NCBI RefSeq assembly: GCF_009914755.1
Contig: NC_060947.1
From: the human T2T-CHM13v2.0 reference genome, Homo sapiens
Reading direction: 5' to 3' (one strand)
DNA: 64,000 nt
The notes under the pieces were generated by a model. It was not told where the DNA came from, made no database searches, and was given only the letters and a program-made list of their open reading frames with translations. This document shows positions 37,891 to 52,880 of this stretch, piece after piece. Each line of letters begins with the position of its first letter. Position 1 is the stretch's first letter. The translations under genes were made by a program, and so were the position numbers.

Positions 37891-40189
37891 ATAAATGATC
37901 TCGCTTCATAAATTACATTTTAGTCTAAACCGCGTTCACTGTCACTTTTCTAACCGAATTTTTTTAAAGTAATATATCCTCATACATTATCTTCCTAGAT
38001 GTATAGTGCTCGTTATTGTGCATTAAAATTGGAAAAATATTGTCTTGTTGGTAGAAGGAGAAAATTACTCTGGATAAAATTTGGAATTTATTGTTTGTAA
38101 TTATTTAGAATGTCTACCTAGTATGATTTACATGAGGACTTAAAATAAATAGACTAGAAAGTTACTAGAAAATAGCGTCTTTGGACAAGGAAATTTACTC
38201 TGTCATTAACGTTTACTTAAGAAAAAGCTATGTAATCAAAGCCAGGAAGTCACAGTATACTTTGGAAGGAATGCTAAACTCTTTTTGTCTGCCACCATTT
38301 GGACGTAGTTGCATCCATGTGCTTTTTTATTCACTCTTTAATTTATTTTGCCTCATACATTTTAATTAGAGAACACCCACATTATGTACTACGCACATCA
38401 TGTAGGTTATAAAATGCAGGCAAGCTATTCTTTATTTTTTCTTCCTAATCAGAAGAAATAGCAAATATAGATATCTCCTTTTTGCCTTATTGGGTCAACA
38501 TACAACTCATTCTAAGCAAGGTTTTGCATGTCTCATTGTGAAAACAACTGAGCTCAGGTTAATTTTGCAGAATGTCATAGAGAAGAAAAGAGGGTAAACT
38601 TCCACTACTGATCCTTGTGCTGGAGGCAGTTGTGGATCTTAGAGCTATGTGTTATCACTGGTATCATAATCTGGAAGCAAAAGGGGAGATGGCTCTAAGA
38701 AATAGAAATGGACAGTCAGTCTGACTGTATCTGAATAATAATGCCAAGATATGTAACGATGGAATATAGCAACTGCCTTTGGCCACCTTTGTTCAATTCT
38801 GGAAGAACTGATCCTAATCCAGAGACATGCTTCCCTTTGAGTTATCCGGGTTTGAGATGGCTACGTGTTGGTTATATCCTATGATGTTTTTCTGTGGCTT
38901 AAAATTCACCTTCCTTTATTCGATAAGTCTGGGATAAGGCCTAGGTGATTATAATTTTTAAAAGCTCTATAGGTAATTCTGATGTATAGATTGAGAATTA
39001 TCAGGTTAACCTTCTCTGTGATAAAAATTGTCTCAATTTTCCATTTAATATAGGATGAAGCTGCTTTCCCATTGAGAGGCTACTAATTTACTGAACAAAG
39101 TCATGCAGTAAACATTAGAATATTTACGTTGGTGGACTTTTTGGGTAGAGAGTTATAGCCTATTTCTTGTACAAGTAGGCAGCTCCTTTGAGTGGAGGCA
39201 TGAGTATGAGTACAGATTTGGAGGATTAGAGTTTGGAATCATTAGCCAAATGACAACATAAAATACACAAAATCAGCCTAATTATCAGAAATAATTTCCA
39301 AGTAGAAGTAAATTGAGTTTCCTAACATATGTTATGCACTCAGTAAAGAGAAATCCTGAGAATAGTTCTACATGAAAATAAAACTATAGCCTAAAATGTG
39401 AAAAATTCAGTCTGTCTGTCTTCTTACTACCTGCTGTACACAATGCTTTTACGCCAGATATTTCAGTCTCATGGACATACATTGTACAGGACACACTTCT
39501 TAACAGAATGGTTGAAGTTTTCATTACTCATATAGGTATTTTGTTGCAACACAGTTGCCACCTCAAAATGTTAAACCTGTGCAGGAAGGGGAGTTTTGAA
39601 ATACAAGGACCTCTAATTTTATTCAACAAAATGTTTGCTTCTATATGAAAAGAGAAACAAACCTTTATTTTGGCAGCAAATGTTTCCAAAGGAAGCAAAT
39701 GTTTTAGTGACTATGGCCAACATAAATGTTTTCTTTTAGGCAGTTAAGGCAGACAAATATTTTCATAGCATTTTCAGAGTGTTTCCACCCTTTATTTTCA
39801 CAGAGAGAGTCTCTCTCCTTCCCACCCATCACCCTATGGAAATATTTTCAGAACGTATTTTGACCATGAAAACAACAAAAACATTTTGCACGTGTTGTCT
39901 TTATAAGAGTTAAAAGGATGTTCTCAATGTTTAAGAAAGAGAAAACAAAATGACAGTCGGGATGCGACAGTTGAAAGAATACTAAAAGCAGCAAAACTGA
40001 GTTCTAGCTTTTACTCTGCTACTTACCTGCTGGGTGACCTTTAACTGACAACTCACCTTTCTTGGCTTTCAGTATTAATCAGGAAGATGAGGGAGTTCCA
40101 TTAAATGTTACCCAATCTATATTTTGCATTTTCTTTTCATAAAAATGATAGTCATATAATTAATACATGTGCCTTTTAACATCAACATA

Positions 40190-40390
40190 CCCTATCTATA
40201 TTTTTGTAAATTTTATTGTGTTAAAAACACTTAATATGAGACTTATCCTCTTAACAATTTTTGATTATATAAGTTTGACTATTTTAGATAGCCCATGTAT
40301 GTGGAATCCTGCAGTATTTGTCTCTGTGACTGCTTTATTTCATTTAGCATATCCTCACAGTTCATTCATGTTGTCACATATTACAGATCA
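40190..40390 (-). mobile_element. L1MA9/MB-like 3' fragment
   Basis: aaaacacttaatatgagacttatcctcttaacaattt...cagtatttgtctctgtgactg...tttcatttagcat. Confidence 0.65.
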
Positions 40391-40671
40391 AAAACAACCC
40401 ATATCATACTTTTAGTTTTTTTTTAATGACAAATTCTTCCACGTCTGTGTTTTGTTTTAGGAATAGAATCAGACAAATAAAATACACATAGTATTCTAAA
40501 ACCTGGATAAGGTCTTGCCAGCTGTGTGTACTGATCTCCTAGCAGCTATGGATGAATTCAAACTTTTTCCACTACAACACAATTACCTCTAAAACCAATA
40601 GAAAATATTTCCCTTCTTGCCTCAGTTTCCCAGATAGAACAAGTAAAAATACTTGAATATATTTTGAGTTC

Positions 40672-41440
40672 ATTTTTTATTTAAACTTGTTTGTAGATTC
40701 AGAAGGTGCATGTGCAATTTTGTTACAAAGTTATATTGCGTGATGCTGAGGTTTGAGATACAAATGATCCTGTCACCCAGGTAGTAAGCATAATATCCAA
40801 GTTAGTTTTCCAAACCTTGCTCTTTCCTCCCTCTTCCCTCTAGTAGTCCCCAGTGTCTATTGTTGCCATCTTCACGTCTGTGAGTACCTGATATTTAGCT
40901 CTCACTTATAAGTGAGAACTTGCAGTATTTTGATTTTCTGTCCCTGTGTTAATTCACTTAGGACAATGGCCTCCGGCTGCATCCATGTTGCTGCAAAGGA
41001 CATTATTTCTTTCTTTTTTATGGCTGCATAGTATTTCATGGTGTATATGTACCACATTTTCTTTATTCAATCCACTGTTGATGGGCACCTACGTTGATTT
41101 TATGTCTTTGCTATTGTGAATGGTGCTGTGAGGAACATATGAGTGTATATGTATTTTTGGTAGAATGATTTATTTTCTTTGGATATATATCAAGTAATCG
41201 AATTTCTGGGTCAAATGGTAGTTCTGTTTTCATTTCTTTGAGAAATCGCCAAAGTGCTTTCCCCAGTGGCTTAGCTAATTTCCATTCCCACCAACAGTCT
41301 GTAAGTGTTCCCTTTTCTCTGTAGCCTTGCCAGCATCAGTTTCTTGTTTTGTTTTTTTGTTTTTTTGTTTTTACTTTTTGATAATAACCATTCTGACTGG
41401 TGTAAGATGGCATCTCCTTGTGGTTTTGATTTGCATTTTC
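40672..41440 (-). mobile_element. L1PA15/16-like 3' end
   Basis: gattcagaaggtgcatgtgca...tattgcgtgatgctgaggtttg...ccctctagtagtccccagtgtctattgttgccatc, followed by antisense ORF2 end. Confidence 0.9.
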
Positions 41441-41729
41441 AAGTTAAATTTGACAAATAAGAAAAAAGTGAATATAAACCCTAAATGAATCATGAACAGT
41501 ACTTTTTCACTATATCACCATTTGTGGTTCAATACTATTAGGTTCCCTTAGGAGTTTTGAGTTTAACTCAAACAGTACTCATAAGAGGTTTAAGAAAAAC
41601 AAAATACCATGCCCAATATGTACTATATCACGGTGAAAGCAAAAAGTTAGAATTCAGTAAACTATACCAATTTAGCAGTTCTAAGATTCTTAATTATACT
41701 ACTACTACCATTAATAACTGCCAAATTAT

Positions 41730-41990
41730 TAGGCAGGATTGTTAAAGACTATGTACCAGGCACTACTCTGAAGGCATATTTTCTCTCTCTCATGTATATG
41801 TTTGTGTACATGCATGTGTGCATGCATATGTGAGTATGTGTATATCTTTATTACAGCTCTGCAAGGTAGGTGTTAATACTTCCAATTTACAGATTAGGAA
41901 TATGATTCCTATAGACATTAAAAGACAGATGGTATATGTGAGCTGGTATAGCTGATAGATAATAGGTTCAGAACATGGTCTGCCTGATAG
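41730..41990 (-). mobile_element. MIR SINE with internal low-complexity TG/CA tract
   Basis: actatgtaccaggcact...acagctctgcaaggtaggtgttaat...ccaatttacagattaggaa. Confidence 0.75.
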
Positions 41991-43068
41991 TAAAATAATT
42001 TAAACTACTTATGTGTTTGTTACAAAACAGCGGCAGATAACAACTTCATAATAATAATACATTAGATAGATGAAGGGTGTGAGCCAGACAGTTTCATCAA
42101 TTGCTAGAGACCTTTTCACTTGAACGCTAGAATGAGAGTAGGATAGAAGCAATCTTGATTGCCCTGAAAAAATGATCTGTCCAGAGCTAGGCTCCAAAGT
42201 CAAACTCTGGTCATAATTCTTGGAGATCTATTTGGTGCCGTATGACTTAGAAGGCCACAAGGTGCTCTCAGCCCATTATTGTGTCCTAAATGGAGAGAGT
42301 ACTGGCCCTGCTCTGGCCTGGCCATTGTTGATCGCTGCCTAGTTCTGAGTGGCAGTGGAACCTCTATGATTGCAAGAGAGAAAATAATTTAACAAAGTTA
42401 CAGGAAGATGTAGCTATGACATTTTATGTACATGGAACAAGCCTTTAACAAATGAAGGAAAGTTGCAGGGAGTGACTTTTAAAAACTTACTTGTTTTTAA
42501 GGACTGCTCTTGATTTATAATTGCTTCTAAATGAGAAGTTTTCCTTTCTGGGTCAACGTTTAGAACTCACTAATAGATACTGAGTGGCTACTATGAGCCC
42601 AACCCAGCACTCTTTTTTTCTCAGCATCAAAGGTGGATATAAGTAAGTGTAAAGATGCAGGCTTGCTCAAAGAAATTGAAATACATTTAGGAAAATGAAA
42701 GGTTAATTAAATTTTTAAATATGGGAGTTACATGACAATATCCAATAAGGATGTAAGAAATGTCACATGGTGAATGAGCGCAATGAGCAAATAAAATGTT
42801 TAACTTCAGAGCTCTGATTGGGCATCTAACTCTGAACCTTGAAATCTCATCAATATGTTTAATCTTGTATTTTTTTGGTATAAACCACTGTGCATAATTC
42901 TTTTCCATCTCTGAGTCAACAAGTGGTACCTTAATCTTCTTTCATGTCATCTTGGCCTTTTCAGAGACTCTTATTTTATGTCAATGACATGAAACTTAAA
43001 AACCAAAATTATCAATTGCAATAATGCACCAGTATTTACAAATATGAGTAGTATATAAATATTCAAAA

Positions 43069-43712
<644 letters not shown>

Positions 43713-43723
43713 CTATGGACTCA

Positions 43724-44050
<327 letters not shown>

Positions 44051-44059
44051 ATTCAAGTT

Positions 44060-44290
44060 CAAGCTGTGACCTTCTGCAAGCTATTTAACCTACCTTTGAT
44101 TCATATTTCTTTTCTAAAAAATGGAACAATAGTACCTAAGATGTTACAATAGGTACAATAATATACCGAAGATGTAGGTACTATTATTGTTCCATTTTTT
44201 AGAAAGTGGAACGATTTGGGACTAAATTAAGTGATTATGTATAAAGGCTCAGAACAGTGCTTTGCACATAATAAGTGTGACGTGCTTATT
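44060..44290 (+). mobile_element. MIR carrying an internal inverted duplication
   Basis: gctgtgaccttctgcaagctatttaacc...aaaatggaacaatagtacct...attaagtgattatgtataaaggctcagaacagtgc. Confidence 0.75.
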
Positions 44291-44828
44291 ATCTTTACAC
44301 TATGGAATATAAAGCAAGGCATATTTTAATATATAGATAAATTTCTATATTTTGTTTATAACTATTATTATCATTGATTTTTAAAATGAAAAACAATTTG
44401 AATGAAGGAAGTGAAACGTTTATCTAAATTAAAAATGTGATAAACTAATTCTTTAATACATAAACCCATCTTCAGAAATATAATAAACTAATTCTTTTAT
44501 ACTAATTCTTTTATATTCTTTTTATATCAGTATCCTTAGGACGTTTTTCTTGGGCTAGTATAAATTTCCAGATTCAGATCACCTTACATTATTAGAAAAT
44601 ATTTTTACTCTGACATTTATTCAATAGTGTAGGTATAGAATTCTAGATTCTCTAATCTTCTTCCTGGTATGTTTGTACCCAATTTTCAGTAACGGGGAGG
44701 GGAAGGGTCCTCAAATTTGATATGTAAACTTTTACTTAATTCTACCCATGTAATTGCATAGGATGATTTTTCTTAGGTTCTTTCAATGTAAAGAGAAGGG
44801 AGGGGGGACCTTTGAGCTCTGGGAGAAT

Positions 44829-45214
44829 TGTTATGATCACCCTGTAAAAGCAGGAGGGATTCCAGTCCAAAGTTTGGTTCAGATGTTGAGACTGATGATG
44901 CCACACACACACATGAAAAAGCTATGGAAAGGTTTATTACTTACAGAATTCAGGTCTCTAGGAAGAGCAGGGCAGGCCTCTCAAGCAGAACCTAAATGGC
45001 TTGAAAGAGCTAGGAAAGGAGACTGGAATGGGTGTTTATTGCGGTTAGGTGATGCTAGCCCAGGTAAGGATTCACTTGCAAAGAGGATTGCATGGTTTGA
45101 ATCTCCCACCAATGCCAAAGCAGGGAGCCCCCAAGCTTTCTTATCAGCTTACCTAGATGTGGGACACAAGAGGAGGAAGGAAGGTGAAGGTTAATGAAAT
45201 TAATCCTCATTACA
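44829..45214 (-). mobile_element. Solo ERVL-type LTR (LTR52-like; subfamily uncertain)
   Basis: TG...CA termini, 5-bp TSD agaat/ggaat, minus-strand AATAAA (aggtttatta, ~44933), and the motif gatgttgagactgatgatgccacacac. Confidence 0.7.
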
Positions 45215-45421
45215 GGAATGCTCTGGACAGAGGGCAGAACATTTAAGAATGGCTTCCACTTTCAGAAAATGTTACAAGGGGAGATTGTCTTACCAAGGTC
45301 TGAGATAGAGAAAGACTTTAATTTGAAAACTCCAATTTTCCCTTTGTATGGCTAATGATGAGGTCAGGAGTATGTAGGTGATTCTACTACTAGGAAAACT
45401 TATTAAATGACCTTTCATATG

Positions 45422-45570
45422 CAGTGGCTCTCAGAGTATGAGAGATCACCAGCAGCATCAGCAGCTCCAGAGAATTCATTACAAATGCAAATTCTCTGGG
45501 GATGAGGCCTTACAATATTGGTTTTAACAACCCTTCCCGTGATGCTAATACTTGCTCAAATTTGAGGACT
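45422..45570. mobile_element. MER5A-like hAT-Charlie element
   Basis: cagtggctctca...accagcagcatcagca...aaatgcaaattct...ttttaacaacccttcc...tttgaggact. Confidence 0.8.
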
Positions 45571-45931
45571 TTAGATATAGAGTATGCAAGCTAATCCATG
45601 TCTGGGAAGGAGCTGGAGAACTAAATGGCACAGTATCATGGGCATAATGAAGAAAAGGACTTTTGAATTTTTTATTGGCAGGTGGAAGAGACAGGAAGAC
45701 AGGTCATGTCCCTGGGAAGAGCAGGTACAGGGGAAGATTCCCGGAGAGAGGAGAGGAGCCCTACAACATGGCAGGAGGCTAGGGTCTGAGGAGGAAGAGA
45801 GCTGGTGAGAATTTCCAAGGGATAGGGATGGTTAAAAAGGTCTTAAGATGGTGATGTGTGGCACTCTGCTTTATGCTTTCTATGTTGTAATATTCCTCTC
45901 TCAGTCATGAGTGGTCAGTAGAAGTCAATTA

Positions 45932-46282
<351 letters not shown>

Positions 46283-48056
46283 TCAAGGAGGAAAAAAATT
46301 ACCATTACTCTGTGCAGAGAGAGGATGTCTTTTTAATTTTTTCTTATCAAGGCATTCAGTATTCACTCACTGACTGACTAAATAAATGAAATGTCTGAGT
46401 ACTTCTAGATTTATGGAAGGGACTTAGGCCTCTTTTTTTTTAAAAGAAGTAATTTGTTGCCTTAAGCATATCATGTATTAAAAATAGGAATAAAAATATG
46501 TGATAAACTAATTCTTTAATACAAACCCATCTTCAGAAATATAATCAACTAATTCTTTTATACATAAATCCATCCTCACTAAACAGGCAAATAAAATTAA
46601 GTGACCATAGATTTAGCATATGGCTGAAGAGTAATATTTGCCAATATTTTACCTCACAGGTAGATGATTTATAAGAACATTGACAGTTATGTTCCTGGCA
46701 TAGATGCATTATTAGCATGTTCGTGTTTTGGAAAGGCATTCTGTTTCTGCACATCATGTTATCTGTACCTTCCAACGTGGAAACACACTTGCTGTGAATC
46801 ATTCCTCAGAATTGTTCTTGCTTAGGAAATGAGCAGTTACTAAGGAGTCATCTTTGACTTTATGTTTTTACTTTGAATCTTTAAATTTAAGTAAATCTTT
46901 CAAAGAATCCTACCTGGCTTATAGTTATGAATTGCCATAAATTTTAATGAAATATCAAATTATGTAAAGATGACCTAAACCATTTTACTCCTATGCCATA
47001 TTTTCCCTTCAGAACTTGAATATTTATTTTTTGCCTGCCTGTTGAATAGCATTTCTCTCAAAAGTGCAAGATTTTTTTTATTCTAATTTAAGTAAAATAA
47101 GTTTTGTCTTTGTTGTTCTTAATCTAGAATGTTTTGATTTGTATATTACTTTTAAATGTTGTTTCTGGTTATAGAAGCTGATTACTTAGCTGCTTTGTAT
47201 TTCTTTTACCCGTGTACTTAGAGACCTTTAAAAATAATCAGCATTTTAAATATTTTCATCATATCACAAGTTATATCTGGCAACATTGTGCATTAGCTAC
47301 CAACATATGCATAGGTACTTTACTTATTTTGAAAGTTCCTGCCAACGTTATATAAAAACAACTTTGGATTTGAAGCTGTCTATCTTCAATGGAAATAAGG
47401 AAATTGTTGCTTGAAGTGCAACTGGTTTAGCATGCTATTCATTGACATTTCTGGACAGGTAACATACAGAAAGAGAATTCCTGATAATGTAAGAAGGTAA
47501 ATGGCAGAACTGAGACCCCTAAGGGATGAGAGTTGCTGTTAAGTTCCCATAACCCATTCCAATCATTCCAATTGATATTCCCTCCCACTCCAAAAAAAGA
47601 CAGGAAAAACTGATCAGTGTGGAGGCAAGTGAAAGTTTCCATGGTATGATCACAAAAATCCTGTAATATTAAACCACAAGGCATAGAGGAGGTCATTTAG
47701 CCTAATATCTTCAGCTTATAATTATAGAGAGATGGTATTCAGAAGGGCTAGATAATTTACCCAAGATCACAGATATAATAGTGCAACTCCCAAATCTGTT
47801 GTAACACTCCCATGCATCTATGCTCATTTTCACAACTGCTAAATGTTAAGAAAAATGGCTTTTCACGTGTTTTAGTACATAGACATGTTTTTCATAGTTA
47901 AATTTTGCCAAAATCAGATACATTATCATGTCTTCCTTCATGATTTTTCATTGCAATTGTAATGGTTTTATCTTCAATCACATAAAAAATGAAAACGACA
48001 AGCTCAAAAAGAATTATTTGATTTAGAAAATATTACCACAATGCTTTCCTTTCAGG

Positions 48057-48271
48057 CAATCATGTGCTGGTAAATGTTTAACAACTGGCTGAGGGTGGAG
48101 CGGGAAGGGGTGGGATGGAGCCATGATAGGATTTGCTGATTTCTGTGGTGTGAATACTGCCGCCATGACCAATTTCAAGCTACCAACATGAGGTCCTCAA
48201 TGTGAAGTTGGGAGTTGATGCACACAATTGGTGCCTGCAAGTGGGTACAAGCTGGTTTTATCACATCATTG
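48057..48271 (-). mobile_element. MER63A-like hAT-Blackjack element
   Basis: gtgctggtaaatgtttaacaactggct...atttcaagctaccaac...gttgggagttgatgcacacaattgg. 8-bp TSD ctttcagg / ttttcaga. Confidence 0.85.
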
Positions 48272-50220
48272 TTTTCAGAGCACAAACAACAAACTTGAGG
48301 TCCAATTGGGGATCTTTTTTTTATTTCAGTTGAGTCTTGATTTTCAGTTTATATACATATACGTGCACTCATACATTTGACCCCTGAATTTTATGTTTTT
48401 GTCTACATTCTCTTTAAATCCAATATACACTGGTTTGGTAATAGATCAGTATGTCTTCGCCGATTAAAGGCATTTGAATTATAACATTTTGTTCATAGGA
48501 GGATGTAAACCCTAACCTTAATCAGTGCATTTCAGGGGACAAGAACCAAACAAAAGAGAAGGAATTTCCTAATAATTCATACATAGCAAGCTTTGAGAAA
48601 AATCTCCATGCCTTTGCCTTTGACTTTAGGTTCTAAATAATATGACATACTTCCCTAAGGAACATCTTCTATCTGTATCCCACACGCCTACTCACTCCTT
48701 CAAGAAATAAAACTGTAAAAAAAATGTCGTTTAAAGTAGAATCCTGAAAAATAAACAGTAAGCTTCTAGTGTAATGTTTCAGAGGAAAGAAAGATCTTGT
48801 ATTCATTGCAATTTATCTGGAACACAACTTACTTGACTTTCTGTGGTCCTCTTGAAGGTGATTAATCACCAATTTTAGAGCACCAACAATTGCACAATAT
48901 TAATGTTTAATTAGCAAAAGGGAAGCACCTGGAGTGTGGAGGAAGCGACTCTAAGATTAGACTATATGCTTTCAGGTTATAACAAAAGACAAATTTAATG
49001 ACCATACTATTTATCCTTAGGGAAAATATAGTTGATAAGTTGTTAGATAGCCTCAACTCAAGGAGAGTACAAGCAGTAAGTAACCTTTTGCATGCTTATT
49101 TCATTGCCGACTTTTTACCAATAAATACCAATGAGGCATATTTGTGAGCTTTCCTATCCTTCCAACACAAAGGGAGGCAGATTGTGCTTGGGATGATGAG
49201 ACAGATCTATGACACCATCAGTTTGATGTGTCATGCTTTGCACTTGACATGTTGCTTCTCACCAAAATAAATTGATTTGTCTTCCCCCACCTAATTATCT
49301 TCTTCGTCAACCTTCTTGTATTCAAATGGAAAAGATTATTCTAAATGCTTGCTTAACACCTTTCCTTTGCTGCCACTTTTATTTTCATAATTACCCTTTT
49401 ATGAAAGTATAAAAAGATTTAAAATGATTATTCTTGGAAGGAGGCCCAAGGTGAAATCCTGTTGTATTTAATGTGTAAATTATAATGTGTGCAGTTTTGA
49501 AGAAGGGTTTTGGTGAAATGCTCATGTAACTGCAAAAATTTAAAGGAAGCTGTCAAAGAGTTTACACTCTTTCATGGCTAATATTAATTGGAAAACATCT
49601 CATAATATGTTATATCTGAAGGATAAATGGATAAGTTAAACACAGCCATTAACTTTCTGGAAGACAGGAAGATAAAGGATTACAATAGCCTCTCAGCAAG
49701 GGTTTAGGAAAATGCAAAACCCCTTCCTTTCCTCAGTTACTTTGAAGCATATTTGAAATGATTAATTTTCCTGTGAATATTAAGAGAATTAAAGAATTGA
49801 GATTTGAATAGAAACTGTGTTACCTTGCTGACCTTGCTAACAACTGACCTTGCTTCCCCACTTTTCAAACTGAACTTGTGTATGGCTTTTCTGACCAAAT
49901 GCATTTGAAGCAAAAACAATCCTTTCATCTAAATAGAAAACTAAAGGAAAACATTTTTTAGTTTTTATATCCTGCCAATTTTCAAAAAATCTCCCCTTCT
50001 AAATTTAGATTGTAAAAATATTCAGTGTGCTTGTCTCCTGTTGTGCTAATTGGTAACCCTGCCACCTGTTAATTTTGGTATTTTAAACCAGTTAGAGCGG
50101 GGTTAATGAAAAAAATCAATATATTTGGATCTTATTTCTACCTCCAAAACTCCAAAGAAAACTCACAAAAGTGCTTACAATAGCACAGTACAAAGTATCC
50201 TGGCAAAACATTTTGAATAA

Positions 50221-50312
50221 TCCTTCTTTCCTTCCTTCCTTCCTTCCTTCCTTCCTTCCTTCCTTCCTTCCTTCCTTCCTTCCTTCCTTCCTTCTTTCTT
50301 TCCTTCCTTCCT
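50221..50312. repeat. (TTCC)n tetranucleotide microsatellite
   Basis: About 23 units, pure pyrimidine on the + strand. Confidence 0.97.
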
Positions 50313-51004
50313 TTGAACCAAGAACTATGTTAGACACAATCAAGGAATACTCACACGGTAAGATACAGTCCCTACTAACAGTAAACTTAAGAGTCTGGAC
50401 AAGTAGCTATATCTTACTTAATTTAATGGTTTACAACAGGTAGAGTAGGACAAACTGCTCACTTTACCATGGTGCTGACATTAAATAATTTAAGTTGATA
50501 AAATGCCTAAAACGATGAAAGTGCTGTGCACCTGCAGGAAATGCCTGGAGCTGGAAAGGGTGTTAGGGTGAAGGTTATCACAAGTTCTCTCATGAAGTGG
50601 AGGTTTCATTGTTCAGCCTACCCCATTGATGGACTTCAATTGCCCAAAATATTTTAGAACTTTAAATCTTCAGTGGTTTTCACCTTGAGAAATATTAATT
50701 ATTCTACAAAAAGAGAAACAATCAACATATTTTTTTCTACTGAAGACTGGCTTTTAAATTCTATTTAACAATTATGTAATAGGAACATGTTCATTGCATT
50801 TGTCTTAGAAAAAGTCTTCACTGATGACTACTTTTCATTTCAGGATATAAAGGTGTATTTTTATCTCCTCTTGCCTTCAGGGAATGTTATTTAATAGCAT
50901 ATTTGTGATCTTCTAGCCTGTTGTGCCAAAAAATAGCATTCCCTCAAAGCAGAAAATAGATAATTCCCAGAAGGAGAAAGTCCAAAGACAACAAATACAT
51001 ACAC

Positions 51005-51206
51005 CGAGCTTGTCCAACCCACAGCCCGGGGGCTGCATGTGGCCAGAACAGCTTCGAATGTGATCCAACACAAATTTGTACACTTTCTTAAAACATTGTG
51101 AGATTTTTTTTTCTCATCAGCTATCGTTAGTATTAGTGTATTTTATGTGTAGCCCAAGTCAATTCTTCCAAGTGGCCTAGGGAAGCCAAAAGATTGGACA
51201 CCCCTG
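51005..51206 (-). mobile_element. MER30 hAT-Charlie element with perfect 8-bp TSD
   Basis: gcttgtccaaccc...gggaagccaaaagattggacacccctg. TSD acatacac (50997-51004 / 51207-51214). Confidence 0.92.
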
Positions 51207-52716
51207 ACATACACTAGGGGATTCTGTCACAGAAATTATTTTCTAAAACAGTAATTATAGTAATACTAATATAAGAGCAATGGTCTAAAGTCATGACACA
51301 AAATAAAAGCAAAAACACACAATACATACATAGTCTCATTTCTCATTTATAAATAGAATTCCCTCATGTAAATTTCAAAGAGGTTTTTAATATGTTTTCT
51401 ATTCTCTTCCCTTACCCATATTTGAGGATAAATGTTGTGGTTTTAGGCATTGAACCGTGAATGTAAGGGTGTTTTACACAGTGGACACATTTACTGACAG
51501 TAAAACTACGGTTTTACAATTTGAGCTGTATCGGGATATTTTTCTAATCCTGAACTGAACTGATCACTAAACTGTATGGTTAGTCATCAGGAACATACCC
51601 ATCCTATCCTTATAGGCCTGTACATCTGAACAGGATTTGAATCTAAAGTTAACTAATGTATTAACTAGTGGAATTTGATTTCATGCATATTTTTGTATAG
51701 AAGTCAGCTTTTAGTTACATTGCCCTTTTGGCAACATTGTCTCGTTGTTAGGTAGGAACTATATATTCAAATTATCATTAGTAGTATCAAAGGGACTCTC
51801 ACATGAAATGCAGATCCACAGTGGTCATGGCCACTGTTGATTTCATTTCGCTTCAGAAAATTGCAAAACATTCCATGGTGAGTCAAAAGTACTCATAAGG
51901 GAATGTAAAAAAGCAGAATCTTAAATAAGCAAATGTTATTGTTTTATTCTTTCTATGGTTAAACAAAAGATATGTTATAAGTATGGGGGGAAATATCACG
52001 CTTTTAGGAAAAGGTTGTCTTTTATAGAAAGGGTTTATTTATATTGAGTCATTGGAAACTAGAAGGAAATAGGAAAATAATCTTTGTCAGCTGTTGGATC
52101 TTGGTAGGTTTATTTACTTAAAATAGTGAGAGAAAAGGAGATTTTAACAAACTGAGTAACTGAAAGTGATACTGCTGTTGACTAGGAAAAGTTAAAAAAG
52201 GGGAAAATATAACTTCAGAGACATCCTTGTAAAAACATGATCAAAGTGATTGTATAGTGCTACCACTATTATATCAGATGACTATTCATTTAAATTGGAA
52301 AATTTTGCTCAAAGATGTTCACATGTTGGTTGTTTTTTTTCCTTTTGTACATTATTACATTATGAAGGATTTTAGAGAGAGGAGCTGCCAATTCCTCATA
52401 ATTCTTTGAGTCAAATCATTTTGGTACCAAATAGCAGATGAAACTGAAGCATAGAGGTCAAGTTTCTCGGGGCCACAAACTGAATCAATGGCATAGGTAA
52501 ATTCAAGCAGCATTTTTGAGTCCACAGTTTATTTCTGGTTTGTTGTATTGTGCTACCTCCTGGAAACTATAATTTAGAAAGAAAAATTACTTTTTAAGTG
52601 TATTAGTTTGTATCCAGTTTCCTGGAATCAATTGTCTTAAGATTTACTTGTGATATTTGAATCTACCCAAATTTACCTGACTTCAAGTTCAAAGTGAGGG
52701 AGGGAAAAAATAGATC

Positions 52717-52755
<39 letters not shown>

Positions 52756-52880
52756 TTTTAAAATTTCCGTAAAATACACAAAACATAAAGTGTACCATCT
52801 TAACTATTTTTAAGTGTATACTTCATTTGTGTTAACAATATTCACATTGTTGTACAACAGAACTCTGGAAGTTTTTCTTC
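52717..52880 (-). mobile_element. L1MB 3' fragment whose tail is a (TTTA)n array (52717-52759)
   Basis: gtaaaatacacaaaacataaagtgtaccatcttaactatttttaagtgtata...ttcacattgttgtacaac. Confidence 0.8.

Noticed and set aside
44754-45194. 146-aa ORF
   Set aside because: Lies almost entirely within a solo ERVL-type LTR and starts at a non-ATG codon.
50116-50443. Repetitive RKEG / PSFL ORFs
   Set aside because: Translation of the (TTCC)n microsatellite.
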